From contig CM121343.1 in assembly GCA_051530055.1 (NCBI GenBank), forward strand, positions 6,418,389 through 6,482,388: a stretch of DNA of 64,000 nt, given 5' to 3'. This DNA is from Neoechinorhynchus agilis. Taxonomy: Eukaryota; Animalia; Acanthocephala. Shown here piece after piece: positions 1 to 11,884 of the stretch. The position numbers were made by a program, and so were the translations under genes. Each line of letters begins with the position of its first letter. Within the stretch, counting starts at the first letter, position 1. Below the pieces are notes generated by a model. It worked only from the letters and a program-made list of their open reading frames with translations. It ran no database searches and was not told where the DNA came from.

Positions 1-1982
1 GGGTATCGAGCTGGTTGCTGTTGGGCAGCAACCACGGCTGCCATTTGTTGAAAGCTTGCCTGTTGAGCCGCCGCCGCGGCTGCCGCAGAAGCACTTTGTT
101 GATGTTGAATAGGATTTGGAGGAGGAGGAGGGGGATGATGATGGTGATGATGGTACATTGCATTTGGATGTTGTTGTTGTTGTTGGTGGTGGTGATGCGA
201 CGGGGCAACTTGTGGATTATGGACCGTTGGTTGATGAGATGCGACGTGTGCGGCAGCGGCAGCAGCGGCCATGGCAGCCGCTGCTGCGGCTTGCGTCGAA
301 ACACTCGATGGTACTTGTGGAGGACCACCTTGGTTTGGAGGTGCTTGAGGGCCGCCGGCGGTTCCGGGATATCCTGACAAATATGCAGCGGCGTTCTGCG
401 TTATAGTGCCACCATAGGGAGAGCCTGGTGCAAACATGGATGGATGAGGCGCTGCACCAGGTTGACCGATAATAACCGGTGGTTGACCAATGGGTTGAGT
501 AAGAGTGCCCCTAAGGGTACTCATCCGCTGCCAGAGTTGGTGTTGAAGATGCTGCCTTCGTTCTTCTTTTCTTTGAGCTAGAGCGACATAGAGAGGTTTG
601 GTGCCTAGTATTCGTCCATTCATTTCGGTAACAGCTCGAGTAGCTTCATCCGGTTGTGTAAAGCACACAAACCCGAAACCTCTCGAGTTTCCACTCTCGT
701 CCTTCATGACCTTTGCTGACGTTATCCTTCCGAATACAGCGAACTTTTCGTTCAGTTTTTGATCGTCTACAGAATCGTCAAGGTTCTTAATATAAAGATT
801 AACTCCTTGGTACTTGGTCATCCTTTCTGCTCTAACTTCCTCCATTTTTTCCCTTAACTCTTGCATCCTTTCAGCTTTCTTCTGTGCTCGTCCAACGTAG
901 ATATCTCTTGACCCAACTCGAGTGCCATTAAGGGTTTTCACTGCATGCTCAGCGCTTTCGGGTTTGTCAAAACTAACAAAGCCAAAGCCCCTTGATTGTC
1001 CTGTTTCTGTACGCATCACCTTTGCGCTTTCAATGTTGCCGTAAGGACGGAACATTGCAGCAAGAGATTCGTCATCAAGAAGGTCAGCGAAGTTCTTAAC
1101 GTAAATGTTAGTGAACTTGGGTGATCGGCCTCCCATTTCACGCATCCGTTGATGTTTTGGCATAAAATGATTTACGTAAACCTTCTTTTCCTTAATAAGC
1201 ATTCCATTCACTGATACAATGGCACTTTCGGCTGCATCAGCATTTTCGTAATGGACAAATCCGAATCCACGAGACACTCTTCGGTCATCGTACATAATCT
1301 TGCATGATAAAATGTAACCGAACACTGAAAACGTATCATAAAGTGTTTTTGCATCGATTGATTTATCGAGGTTTTTTATGAAAATATTCCCTACGCCAGA
1401 CTTGCGAAGGCTTGGATCACGTTGGCTCCACATGATTCGCATTGGTCGGTTGAATAAAATGTCATAGTTCATCGTCTCCAGAGCACGCTCGGCGTCCGGT
1501 TGATGTTGGAAGTTCACATACGCGTATCCTAATGATCGACGAGTCATCAGATCGCGGCATACGCGAATCGAGATGATTGGACCAGCCGTAGAGAATTTCT
1601 CAAACAATGCGGCTTCCGTGGCCTCTGGAGATAAATCTCCGACGTAGAGGGAAGTCAACGAATAGAGAGACGATGGAACATGAGAATCGGACGACACTTG
1701 TTGCGATTGTAACGCCATTGGCTGAGTTGAATTCTGGGACGTTGATGGCTCCTGTGCTGCCGTCAGATTGTTCGTAGTGTTTTCAGGCCTTCGTTGTTGT
1801 TCCGGCTGCTGCTGTTGTTGTGCCTGAAAGGGCGGTTGTTCATGTTGCGATTGGGAAGTGCTGGCGGCGGCGGCAACTTCGGTTGAACTCGAATGAGTGG
1901 TACTTTCGGTGACCGTGTCCCCTTCTGCATTGTTTGACGGTACAGGCCGGCTACTTGCGGTGGTCAGAGCTGGTAACGGCAT
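1..1982 (-). CDS. PABPC1: Cytoplasmic poly(A)-binding protein, intronless in this window, 3' end beyond the window edge
   Basis: Open minus-strand frame from ATG at 1982 to the edge (absent from the ORF track because it has no stop in the window). Four RRMs read by hand: [105 protein letters not shown], followed by a Q/P/A-rich linker. Confidence 0.97.
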   Translation of the reverse strand, partial: MPLPALTTASSRPVPSNNAEGDTVTESTTHSSSTEVAAAASTSQSQHEQPPFQAQQQQQPEQQRRPENTTNNLTAAQEPSTSQNSTQPMALQSQQVSSDSHVPSSLYSLTSLYVGDLSPEATEAALFEKFSTAGPIISIRVCRDLMTRRSLGYAYVNFQHQPDAERALETMNYDILFNRPMRIMWSQRDPSLRKSGVGNIFIKNLDKSIDAKTLYDTFSVFGYILSCKIMYDDRRVSRGFGFVHYENADAAESAIVSVNGMLIKEKKVYVNHFMPKHQRMREMGGRSPKFTNIYVKNFADLLDDESLAAMFRPYGNIESAKVMRTETGQSRGFGFVSFDKPESAEHAVKTLNGTRVGSRDIYVGRAQKKAERMQELREKMEEVRAERMTKYQGVNLYIKNLDDSVDDQKLNEKFAVFGRITSAKVMKDESGNSRGFGFVCFTQPDEATRAVTEMNGRILGTKPLYVALAQRKEERRQHLQHQLWQRMSTLRGTLTQPIGQPPVIIGQPGAAPHPSMFAPGSPYGGTITQNAAAYLSGYPGTAGGPQAPPNQGGPPQVPSSVSTQAAAAAAMAAAAAAAHVASHQPTVHNPQVAPSHHHHQQQQQHPNAMYHHHHHHPPPPPPNPIQHQQSASAAAAAAAQQASFQQMAAVVAAQQQPARY

Positions 1983-3221
1983 TTTATCGGGATTTTTTCA
2001 ATTTTTTCTACAAACAAAGTGTATCAATGAGCTAAAGAGCCATGGGAGCATACACTCACTCGCCAACCGACTCAGACAGCAAACGTGGATGCAAGAACAA
2101 TGACACGCAGTAGTGCAAGACTAAGACGCAATGCAGACAACGCAACACTGAAGAAAGCGTAACCGACGTTGTCGCGCTGCTCTACCATTCGGCGTATACG
2201 CACGCTCGTTCTCGGCGAATATGTCTATGTGTTTGGATATGGAGGAAAATCCCCAGCAGAAAGACACCACTGCCACGGAACGTCAGTGAACGTGTGACGT
2301 AGGAAAACACACGTGCAAAAAAAGGAGAGGAAAAAGAGAGGGTATACGCACGCGTGCACAATGACGTCACTTCTATGAGAAAGAGAGAATTGAGTGGTCG
2401 TCAATGTAAACAATTTTTTTGTTTGCCAGAAAACAAACTTGTCGGAAGTGGACTATACACTCTTTGTAAACAAATCGTTAAAATAATGTAGGACCGAAAA
2501 TCAATTTCGAATAAGAAAAGTTCCGGTTTGATAGCATAAAACACATAGAATATTCGCACTTTCAAAATCTAAAAATGCAAACATAAAAAATTCAACTTTT
2601 ATAACGTAATATAGAAAGGTTAAACATTGATCCCCCGCATATGGCACTAACCTTCGACGATAAAGACGTAGTGTATTCTCGGCCGAGAAAAGAGAAAAAC
2701 AATCACACTACCTGAATTCTTTCGGAGCAATAACGCATTTACAAATAACTGAACTAATTAGAATTAATATTCGCGAACCGAATAACCATGACTAATGTGA
2801 TAACCGATAATGTGTTGCTCATTCGAATGGATTGCATGACGTCAGTGTCGCATGGATTTAAAGTAATTTTGGTAAGATTGATTGCCTGCTATATTATGCT
2901 CAATATTCTCCAGTACGTAACTTATGTAAAGCCGTCCACTAAAATATTAACCGCTATACTCTTTTGCTGCTTGAGTTTGAACTTCAAACATGCATGGAAG
3001 GGTCAAATTGAACTGTATGCGATTAGAAATGTCGGGGTCCAAATCAATATCATACCCCGATGCGATCTTATACCTTCCATCAGCGGTTTTCGGTTTGATT
3101 TTTGTCTTTAGCTAAAGAGTTTCTTTCATCGAAAAGCAACTTTGATAATTGAACTGACGTTTATATAGTGAAACGTCGTTTGTTCGAATTTATTGGGACC
3201 GGACAATATTCGGTAATAGAG

Positions 3222-3385
3222 TTGGTTTTTTTGGGATAACCGAAAATTCAATGTGATTTGTTCTTAACATTCGAGCGGGAAATGGTTTAAGAAAGCAAAA
3301 TTCGGCGGAGAATTATATAATTTTAGCTTTATTGTTTTTCGCTGCGAGTTCTCTGATTCTCTTGAATAGGACGGGATTCTGGTCC
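3222..3385. repeat. Dispersed ~165-bp repeat, copy 1 (inverted near-identical copy at 29368-29532)
   Basis: Reverse complement of GACCAGAATCCCGTCC...TTATCCCAAAAAAACCAACT at 29368-29532. The internal part resembles the arms of the 60018-60180 foldback. Confidence 0.85.
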
Positions 3386-4215
3386 GGATAATTTATGGTT
3401 CGGTTAATCGACGTTCCACTATATTTCGATTATGTTTGCTAGATTGTCCGGACGAACTCTTCGTGTTACGGGGTAGGAAATTCCACAAATACCGGCCAAT
3501 TAAAAGCCGTCGCAATAAGCAAATTAAAAAGAATGAGGGATTTGGTAATGAGATAAGGAAATTAATTCTGGTTGAATTTTGCATACCGAAAAAGAAACAT
3601 TTAATTCGTCATTAAATTCGGAACAGTGAATTATCTACTTTTGAATCGAACTTCCAATTTGTTTTGTGAAAATTGGCGCAAATAAAAACCAAATTTAGAT
3701 GTAAAATATTATTAATTCAAACAAATCAAAATAGTCCACTTCTTTAAAATAAGTGACGTCATTATCAAATCTCTCCTAAGGAATTTAGTTCCCTACCCGT
3801 CGTGTGTATCTCGGATCAATATTAAAAAGCGGGACGAGTTCGTCCAGACTTCATGCAAAGTTGAATTTTTATAATTTTGTCCGTTGGATCTATGGGATTA
3901 ATTATATTTTAGTAGTCTAGCAATCTACTACATCCATTCCAAAATTGCACTGTCAGATTTTACTCAAAATTGGCAAATCAGCAGTTTTCGGCAATATGGG
4001 TTGGAGACCTTAATTTGTGGAATTAGCAATCGATTGAGGACTGATGCAATTTATGACTAATGAGAACTTTAATTGTTGAAATATTTTTAAAATGTTATCA
4101 TTTTGTACGATCGATTACCGAAATCGTGATTTAAATTTTGTTGATAAACAGCACGGAGAATGCATGTTGATGTCTTCGATTTTACGACCTATCAAATCGA
4201 AAGCCGCTGTCTTAC

Positions 4216-6479
4216 ATGGCGCCGTCTCTGAACCGTAGGGAATTCATAGCCAGCGGCGATATTGATGCAATCGAGCTGATTACAAGGGTTAATCTCTTTA
4301 ATACACTAAATCAACTGGTAATAGTTAAGAAGGACGGAGTGAACAAAGTTGTAGTTGTGCAAAATAGCCAAGATGATTTTTTCTTGGTTTCTTTAGCACG
4401 AAATTTAAATCGTATCCTGTATTCAAGATGAAACTATTATTTTCCAGTCTAAATTGGGATGATACTGTAAGTGCTTCATTTGAATTGTTGAAAGCCTATG
4501 ATGCCAGTACTGACCCCAAGAGTGTCGTGGATTGCTTAGAAGAGTGTTACCGATATGCCACGGAACGCAATCGATCAGCCAGTTTCTTGATGAAGTTCTA
4601 TCAATCCAAAAGTAAATTGGCAGTGAGATATCTTCCCGTTAACTTAAAGACGGTTATCGGTGAGGCGCGATAAATTCTTTTAGTATTTAAAAGTCGCTTA
4701 TAATTCGATCTTAATTTATTTCTAAAGCTAGAATATTCGGTCGCAGGAAAAAGTTTGCGATAAGCATTTTGATTATATTTTTACAGCAATAAAAATCGTT
4801 AGAATTACTTTACACGTAGGGAGAATATACATCGCACAAAAATCAATCTATACTTGATGACAATTTCTCTTCTATAGCTTTTGATTCTTAGGTAAATACA
4901 AACATTGAACTGATTTTTTCCCAGAAGTTTTCTCCGACATTTTCACTTGAAAGTATAAAACTTAATGGATACTGGAGCCCTACTAATCAGCCATTGCTGA
5001 TGTGTTTTTGACTCAAGGTTTTACTGCCGGGTGCTCTTCCTGACGTCAACCCTCCCCAATTGTCCGGGCTTAGGACCGGCACGGAGTCACCCCGATGGCT
5101 AATCATAGATATGTCTTATTGATTTGATTTACAATTATCACGAAGTCGTCGTCATCATAAAATGGTGAAATAACTTTAATTACGTTTTGGTGTACAAATT
5201 CATTTTAGGCCATCTTATAAGCTGTTTTCAATTAATCAATACCCTCGTCAAATATGGACCGATATACGTTTAATTAATTGGTGACGGTCATGGTGTACTC
5301 ATTGATGTAAAGCTAAAAGGTTCAGGGCCTGACGAAAGGTTATTTGATGCTGATATAGAACTCCGGAATTATGTTGCACGGGGATTGACGTTAGTTAAAT
5401 GGAACTCTAATCCAGACGAAGTTGAATGGGCACTTCATGGAATGTACAAATTTACTGGCGGTGCCGACGATGACGATGACAGTGAGAAATCACATTATAA
5501 GTCATCATCTGATAATTGGAGAAAGTACTTTATTGACCAGAATTTTGAAGTCAATACTCGGCATGTTGCCTTTACCGAAAAACAAAACGGCGAAGCTGTC
5601 CACTTGTCAGTTATTGAAAACTTGGCTAATGTGTACGTCGTCGTCGGTTCAAAAAACAATCACTTTAGCGTTCAACTGAACGGTGAAGATTTGGTAGAGC
5701 AATTAACGGAAGCTGCGAAAGAGCCACGATTAGTAATGGCAAGAGCATTCGCCATTCCTCTCCTGGAAGATCTATCCTTGAACGAAAGGACAAATTTGTT
5801 TCTAAATTTCCTTCTACACACTCGGCTAACGGCAATTTTCGAATTTCTGCGTCCTTCACACGAGCATGTAGTGGAATTTTGCCATCTACCCAAACCTTCG
5901 TTTATGCTTATCGCATTTTCTGGTCCACCGAGGCTAATTGATGAAAAGCCAATAATCGACTCTCTTTTGCCACTTCCCGTACACATCTCGAATATATTGG
6001 CCCGCTGTGTGTTTAATCTAAACGCTACTGCAATTGAACGGATCGCGACGCCAATGGGGATCTCAAATGAAGATTATCGGGGAAAATTCGATCATATTGC
6101 CAACAAGGTCCGTACCGAGGGTGATGTTATCTACTACATGGATGAAAGCTTTAAAACGCTTGGAATTCTAAAGAAAAAGACTATTTGGTACATTGTTTTA
6201 AGAGCTTTACGAGAGAAAACAAAGTCTATTAAGAGATTGGGATCAGTGGGTGCAGTAAATGCGATGAAGACGAGGATAAAGGACATTGCTATTTGGCAAA
6301 AGCTTACTGATCAACAGCAATCGTCATTTTCTCAAGTCGCCTGTGATTTCCTCGCTTGGTATTCAGCATCAGAAGTGACATTTAGTATGGAAGGTCAATT
6401 TCCCCGCGCTTGGTCCTTATTTATCACTCAAACGGGCGTGAATGTTGATGCATTGTTCAATGATAGAAATGAGAGATAA
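4216..6479 (+). CDS. Multi-exon T4 Rnl1/Trl1-like ATP-dependent RNA ligase-type nucleotidyltransferase; 5' exon structure uncertain, one apparent +1 break near 5270
   Basis: Large last exon (frame open 5274-6479) has motif I TEKQNGE, Ia VGSKNNH, III TAIFEFL, IV EGDVIY and V LKKKTIWY. A 41-nt intron (GTTTCT..TTCAAG) joins ORFs 4216 and 4428 in frame. Further small exons are plausible at 4732-4797, 5109-5164 and from 5209. Confidence 0.65.
5005..5085 (+). mobile_element. SINE fragment resembling the conserved Nin domain, inside an intron of the ligase-like gene
   Basis: CAAGGTTTTACTGCCGGGTGCTCTTCCTGACGTCAACC..TCCGGGCTTAGGACCGGCAC resembles the Nin-SINE core as I remember it (..GGCCGGATGCCCTTCCTGACGCCAACC..). 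It is a GC-rich island in AT-rich intron sequence. Confidence 0.55.
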
Positions 6480-7129
6480 ATTTTAATTTGTTTACTTGTA
6501 TGCTTCTTATATCGTGAATTATCAAAGAAGATGATCTTAAAGGATTTTCGGATATTTGGTAAGTAGGCTTGATGCTTTCAATCATTGCCTTAAAGAACTA
6601 GCGCAATTTAGGTTATTATACAACTCGGATCAAGATCAACGTTCCGGAAAAATCTGTAAATAATTTAGTCCCATTCAATGTCGAAACCTAAGGCATTTCT
6701 ACTCAATTGACCAGATTACACTTTAGGACGTTTGTTCCATCGGACATTGCTTTTAACATGGATGAATTCTTAATTCATTATCAAAAAATAGAGATTAATT
6801 TAAAGGCAGATTACAGGCTGAAACCTAGGATAATGCCGCCGTGACCTACCTTTTAGACCTTAAGAAACGGATGAAATATTGAGATCAATAAATCAGTCTC
6901 TATTTTTCTTAAAGTCGATCCGAACCGTTCTGCCTCTTAATTGGCGTTCAGACAAATCACATTACAAGACAATATTATCCGAAAATTTTGGAAATGTGGT
7001 CAACCTTCGTATTTACGATATGTTGATTTGACAAGACTTTCTTTACGGTTTTTGTCACAAAGAATTTTTAATAATTGGAGTTTTTCAACTCCATTTGTTT
7101 TTTGACAGCGAAACATATTTATCCTCCAT

Positions 7130-8100
7130 TGCCACAAGGATGCATTCCCTTTCTGAGTCGCTGATTCTCTGATAAAAATTGTTTTCCAATCTTGGTTAAC
7201 AATTCTGCGGTGCTTGGTTCGGCGCCACCAATTGTCTCAATAGAAGAGAGGTTGGAAAATATAGAGGGATTGTACTTCTCCCCTTTTTCGCCAATTCACC
7301 GGCTCCTGAAACTGCAAGGGAAAAGTTGCTCTGAGCATTCGTATTCGGACAAATGAAATCCCAATGAGACGGCCTCTTTCCAATGGAGCTGTTGATGTGC
7401 CGTCCGGTCTTTTTCGTTCATTTCTACTCAAACCGTCCGGCTCGAGAAGAGATGGAATTTTGTGGATGCATCCAGCATTCCCTTTCCGAATTGCTGATTC
7501 TCACCTTGGTTCAAAAATTATGCGGTGCATGGTTCGACGGCATCAATTGTATCCATAGCGAGAGAGGTTGGAAAGTGTGGAGGGACAGATCGAGGAATTT
7601 TTATTTCTTAACTTTTCTGTGCCATTTTCGCCAATTCACCGGCTCCTGAAACTGCAAGGGAAAAGTTGCTCTTAGCATTCGTATTCGGACAAATGAAATC
7701 CCAATGAGACGGCCTGCCGTCCGGTCTTTTTCGTTCATCTCTACTCAAACCGTCCGGCTCGAGAAGAGATGGAATTTCGTTGCCATTGCCCCAATGTTTT
7801 AGAGCATTCGCCATGCTGTGGCTCGTTTTGTGGCAACCGAGTCCGTGGATTCCGGTGCTGTCCGTCTTGGCAACTCACTTTCATGTCGCTAGGATTGAGC
7901 AAGCCACGAATAAGCCTAATGTTCAAGCGAGACCAAATGAGCGGTCATCCATTTTAGTATCAAAGAACCGGATTAGTAAATCATTAAGAAAACCACTGGA
8001 CAATTTGGTTGCGGCCGCGAGTAGGTGTGCTCGTTCTATGGGGTTAGCACAAGAGTCAAGGAGGTCTCGGAATTTCTTCTCAAACCATGGATCTGATCAG
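7130..8100 (-). mobile_element. Decayed CRE-clade non-LTR retrotransposon C-terminal region with an internal ~345-bp tandem duplication
   Basis: Minus-strand pieces DSTGIHGLGCHKTSH..LLEPDGLSRDERKRPDG and SRNERKRPDGTSTAPLERGR match the CCHC knuckle plus restriction-like endonuclease (R.DGKRPDG) region. Roughly 7250-7600 is repeated at 7600-7770. Confidence 0.75.
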
Positions 8101-8929
8101 AAAACAAAAATTTTTGAATGTTAATTAGAATTTTCCAAATTTCACGGTAAATCTCTTTTAAAAGTGAACTATGAATTTAAATAGTTCTGTTTCACAGTTC
8201 AAAGAATCCCCTTCCGCATTTTAAAGCACTTATTTTTTCAAGTCCACAGCGTGATTTCAGTCGTTGTCAATGATTTGGCGCTCTTCGTTGGTTTTTTTGG
8301 ATTCTAGTTGATGTTTAACTATTTGCTCAAAAGCTTGCATCCATTTCGGTTTCGAGGACGTTTTATCAAAGAGCGGGCCTGAATCGTGACCGATGAAGGC
8401 AATTCGCAGTTTAGATATTGTTTTAGCGAATTCTGCAGTCTAAATACTGGTTCAGTACTGTCCACCCAGAGTCAGCAATTTAGACTTTAATCTAGGGCAT
8501 TTTACTTTTTTGATGGCTGAACATTGCCATCCAGCGTTATGAGCTACAGGTAGATAATTCGGTATTTGGGGAGTGCGCTTGCCTCGCAGTGCGTTGAATT
8601 GCTCAAGATACTGTGGGGCAACGCGAGGAGGACTCAAATCACACGCTCTTCTATTTTTGCGCTTCTTTCCTTGTTTGAGTAAACGTAAACCATAGCGGTT
8701 CTCCGACCCGCACCGGTCGGACAATGGTACTCGCGAAGGCTGATCCGGCATCCCTGATTTTCCCTTAATCAAAATCTACGGTCTCACAAGGTCAGATCGG
8801 ACGATTATTAGACACGGAAGAAAGCTAAAGCGATTCGTTGATTTCAAAGTATCGTAATCGTCTTGTTTTAAGTGTTCATAATCATGAAGGAGACATGTTT
8901 TATTGAATCGCTTACTTGAGGAACACAAC

Positions 8930-9300
8930 AGAGATCACATGAGCACAACACTCGTAATCCCAATTCACTTTCTTCCCGTGGCGGGAGGGCAAATGCCTTC
9001 TCTGGGACGCCACGTGTGTGGATACCCTCGCAACCAGCAGCATCCCCTAGGTGCCGCCAGTGCAGCGGAAGGGAGGAAAATACGGAAATATCTTCACTTA
9101 TTTTGTCCCCTTTGGGGTAGAGACGTATGGAGCGCTCGGCACTCTGCTCCAGGATCTCTCGAAGAAATTGAGAACCGGAGACTCAAGAGCAGGCGTATTC
9201 CTTCGACAAAATATCTCCCTCGCAGTACAACGGGACAATGCTGCCAGCGTGATAGAGACAGCCGAGGATGGAGATAAGCTGGAATTCGGCGGGAGGTGGT
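8930..9300 (+). mobile_element. CRE-clade retrotransposon 3' end fragment (frameshifted)
   Basis: AASAAEGRKIRKY / FVPFGVETYGALG..LSKKLRTGDSRAGVFLRQNISLAVQRDNAASV is the typical CRE endonuclease C-terminus. Confidence 0.8.
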
Positions 9301-9690
9301 GAGTGTGCTTCAAACAGATTTTTTGAATTGTTAAAAATATATTATGTTTTTCTTTTTTATAGCGAATTATCAAATAATGGATTTATTTGATAATTTTCGG
9401 CCAGTTTTAACAATTCAATTTTTCTTCGAAGTGAGTTTTACCGCCATAACCTTTTTTGATCCCATGAAATAAAGAATGAATCTAACAAGTTCACTCATGC
9501 GAGAAAAGCTTGAATGTTGCATTGTATGAAATTTGAACTACATGGACGTGGAATTAGCACTTTAATTAGTGAAGAGACTCGGCTCAAACTCCTCACCCCA
9601 AAGCACGCACACAACACTCATTTAAGAATAAATCTCGTGTCCTTTCTCGATCAAAAACGACGATTTCCTCTTCATTGGTGCTCTAAACCT

Positions 9691-10143
9691 TTACCGATTA
9701 TAACCTCCTATATCTACGCGGCATATCGGACACGTCCAATGTTGATTGACAACGACCCACTTGTGAAGGCAATGAGTATGGAAACAATGACGGCACGCCT
9801 TTAAGGTGGCCACCGAAGAGTGCTCATTGATGCTAACAAGGCTACTTAAGCAAATTGAACAATTCTCAAGTTCATATCCGCTTGGAGGAAAACGAGAACG
9901 GTCGCAAATGCGCTGAAACCTAGATATCCGAGTTCCTGAAGTACGCATCGGATAACGTCTATGATTTAGCTCGTTTCTACGAAAATGAACCGGTTGAGCA
10001 TGACGAGGTTGTCTGTGGCTAGCACTCACAGTTGAACGTCTTTCATTACCACGGACATTGCGAACAGATTGAGGTGCGTCTACTAAACCTTCAATCAAAC
10101 CAGCGTAGCTCTCAGTATTCTCATTAGACACTAAGCCAACCAC
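9691..10143 (-). CDS. Small intronless RING-H2 finger protein (may be 5'-incomplete or a retrocopy)
   Basis: CSICL..CRHCFHTHCLHKW..WTCPICR is a C3H2C3 RING at the C-terminus. The ORF starts at GTG with no clear ATG. Confidence 0.7.
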   Translation of the reverse strand: MVGLVSNENTESYAGLIEGLVDAPQSVRNVRGNERRSTVSASHRQPRHAQPVHFRRNELNHRRYPMRTSGTRISRFQRICDRSRFPPSGYELENCSICLSSLVSINEHSSVATLKACRHCFHTHCLHKWVVVNQHWTCPICRVDIGGYNR

Positions 10144-11014
10144 TCCAGTTAATCGCAGATATTCCTAACTGTATAAGATAGTTAGAAGGAACTGCTAACT
10201 AATGTCTCAGGGCCTGAAGGCAAGATGGGACTTGAACCTCGTTGTAATGAATTTCCGGGCGAATTCGACATCTGAAGACCCAGACTTTAAAGGGTAAAAT
10301 CAAACTGTTTCCAGATTGGTTTTTAGCTCCAAAAAATATACAAATAACAACCTTTTCCGAGTTTTCAGCTCTCAACGAATATTCCTTTGATACGTATAAA
10401 TCACCATAACGCTGTGTAGCTCCTAATTAAGTTCCATCCAACGGATTCTAATGATATCAAGCATTTTTGATTGGACAGTCACACTTTGGAATTCTAAACT
10501 GGTTTTGTTCTTCGAATTCATGGCCACGAAATCTTTCATGGAATTTGAAGAATACCAAATATAAGATGCGAAAGCTAGATTTAATATATATTCTTTAAAG
10601 TCTTCAGCTCCGTCAACGGGTGCGCGGCTATCTAGTCCACAAAATAACCCTACGATGGTTGTATTTTAGATGACAAACCTTGATAATTTCGAAATTATCC
10701 GACGAAATATCGGAAATCTCAACGAATCGCAATCGCGATACAGCCAGGGAACGCTGCCAGTATACTGGCAACGTCGGGATGTTTACAGGAATGAAAAGCG
10801 AAATAGTTTCACCAAAAAATAGAATAAATCGATTGTTCATTAAAAAAAATTTAAATCCGGGGTGTTTTAGTTAAAACTTCGTAGCTACCAAAGATGAAAT
10901 TTCTCTAAAATAATTTTTAAATCAAGAACGAAAAAACGTGCAGAACAGCTTACCTTAATATTCTTATCGCGAATATTCAATATTAAATCGACATTAGAAG
11001 TATATATTTTGTTT

Positions 11015-11150
11015 CGTGTTATAGAGATTAATTTATTTCACAATATTTCGTCAAATTCCTCAGCAAATAATATCAAATACGACGAAACGGACGAAATATT
11101 GTGAAAGGAAATTAATAAATTAATCTCTACATCGCCAAATCTACTATGCG
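11015..11150. repeat. Imperfect foldback / MITE-like element
   Basis: TAGAGATTAATTTATTTCACAATATTTCGTC...GACGAAATATTGTGAAAGGAAATTAATAAATTAATCTCTA. The right arm recurs at ~47885-47920. Confidence 0.6.
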
Positions 11151-11884
11151 GGATCTTTAATTTTCAACACTTGATAGATATGTCCAAATTTAAAATCGCA
11201 GGATGCTCAACGTCATTCCAGGAAACTAAACCTTCAATTTTTTACAGTTTTTAATATGCATAAATTCCGAAATCATTCCAGGATTAAAATCTAGCACATT
11301 GCTGTTTATGAAAATGCATAAACCCAGCCTAAATGTTTGGAGAGACAATTCAATTAAAAAAAAGGATATTCAATTGTTTTACAAATAAACCAATTTCATT
11401 AAATAACAGGACGGCAACATTCGTCTAACAACACTAAGTTTTTCCCTTAATCGTTGATGGAAAATCTTTCGGGAAGATAGAGTTGAAATTGCCGTGATGA
11501 TAGTCCCGGATAAAACGCATTTTATTAAATTGAAATATTTTGCGAGGGAGTCTCGCCCCATCAATCATTGTTTGTAAGCTTTTGCGATGTTTTGATCTAA
11601 TAAAATACGTTTTGGCATTATCATCACCTTTCAAATATAGTTAAAATCAGTTAAGCTTTGGACTCTCTTTTATAAGATTATTTGTGTTTTCATTGTTCCA
11701 TCTTTGCAGCTCATAAACGTAAAGTTTTAAGGTTGTTGTTTTGTGCTCTTTCCGCCAAATCGATTCGTGCGAGAAATTGAAGAATGAAAAATGCTGGGGC
11801 GACGAGTGTTTTAAATGTGAGAGAAATGCGTGGTAGAAATTAAGAAGGCAGAGAATGAATTCGCTCGGAATACTTTTGAAATAT

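Noticed and set aside
15-406. Plus-strand ORFs of 120 and 96 aa
   Set aside because: Antisense shadows of the low-complexity PABP linker on the minus strand.
2355-3765. TGACGTCA (CREB/ATF-like) sites upstream of PABP and the ligase-like gene
   Set aside because: The 8-mer also occurs in a SINE relic, in coding sequence and in intergenic DNA, and without a mapped start site it cannot be called regulatory.
10220-10245. B-box-like GGTTCAAGTCCC on the minus strand
   Set aside because: No A box or cloverleaf, and it lies within a decayed coding-like frame; probably chance.
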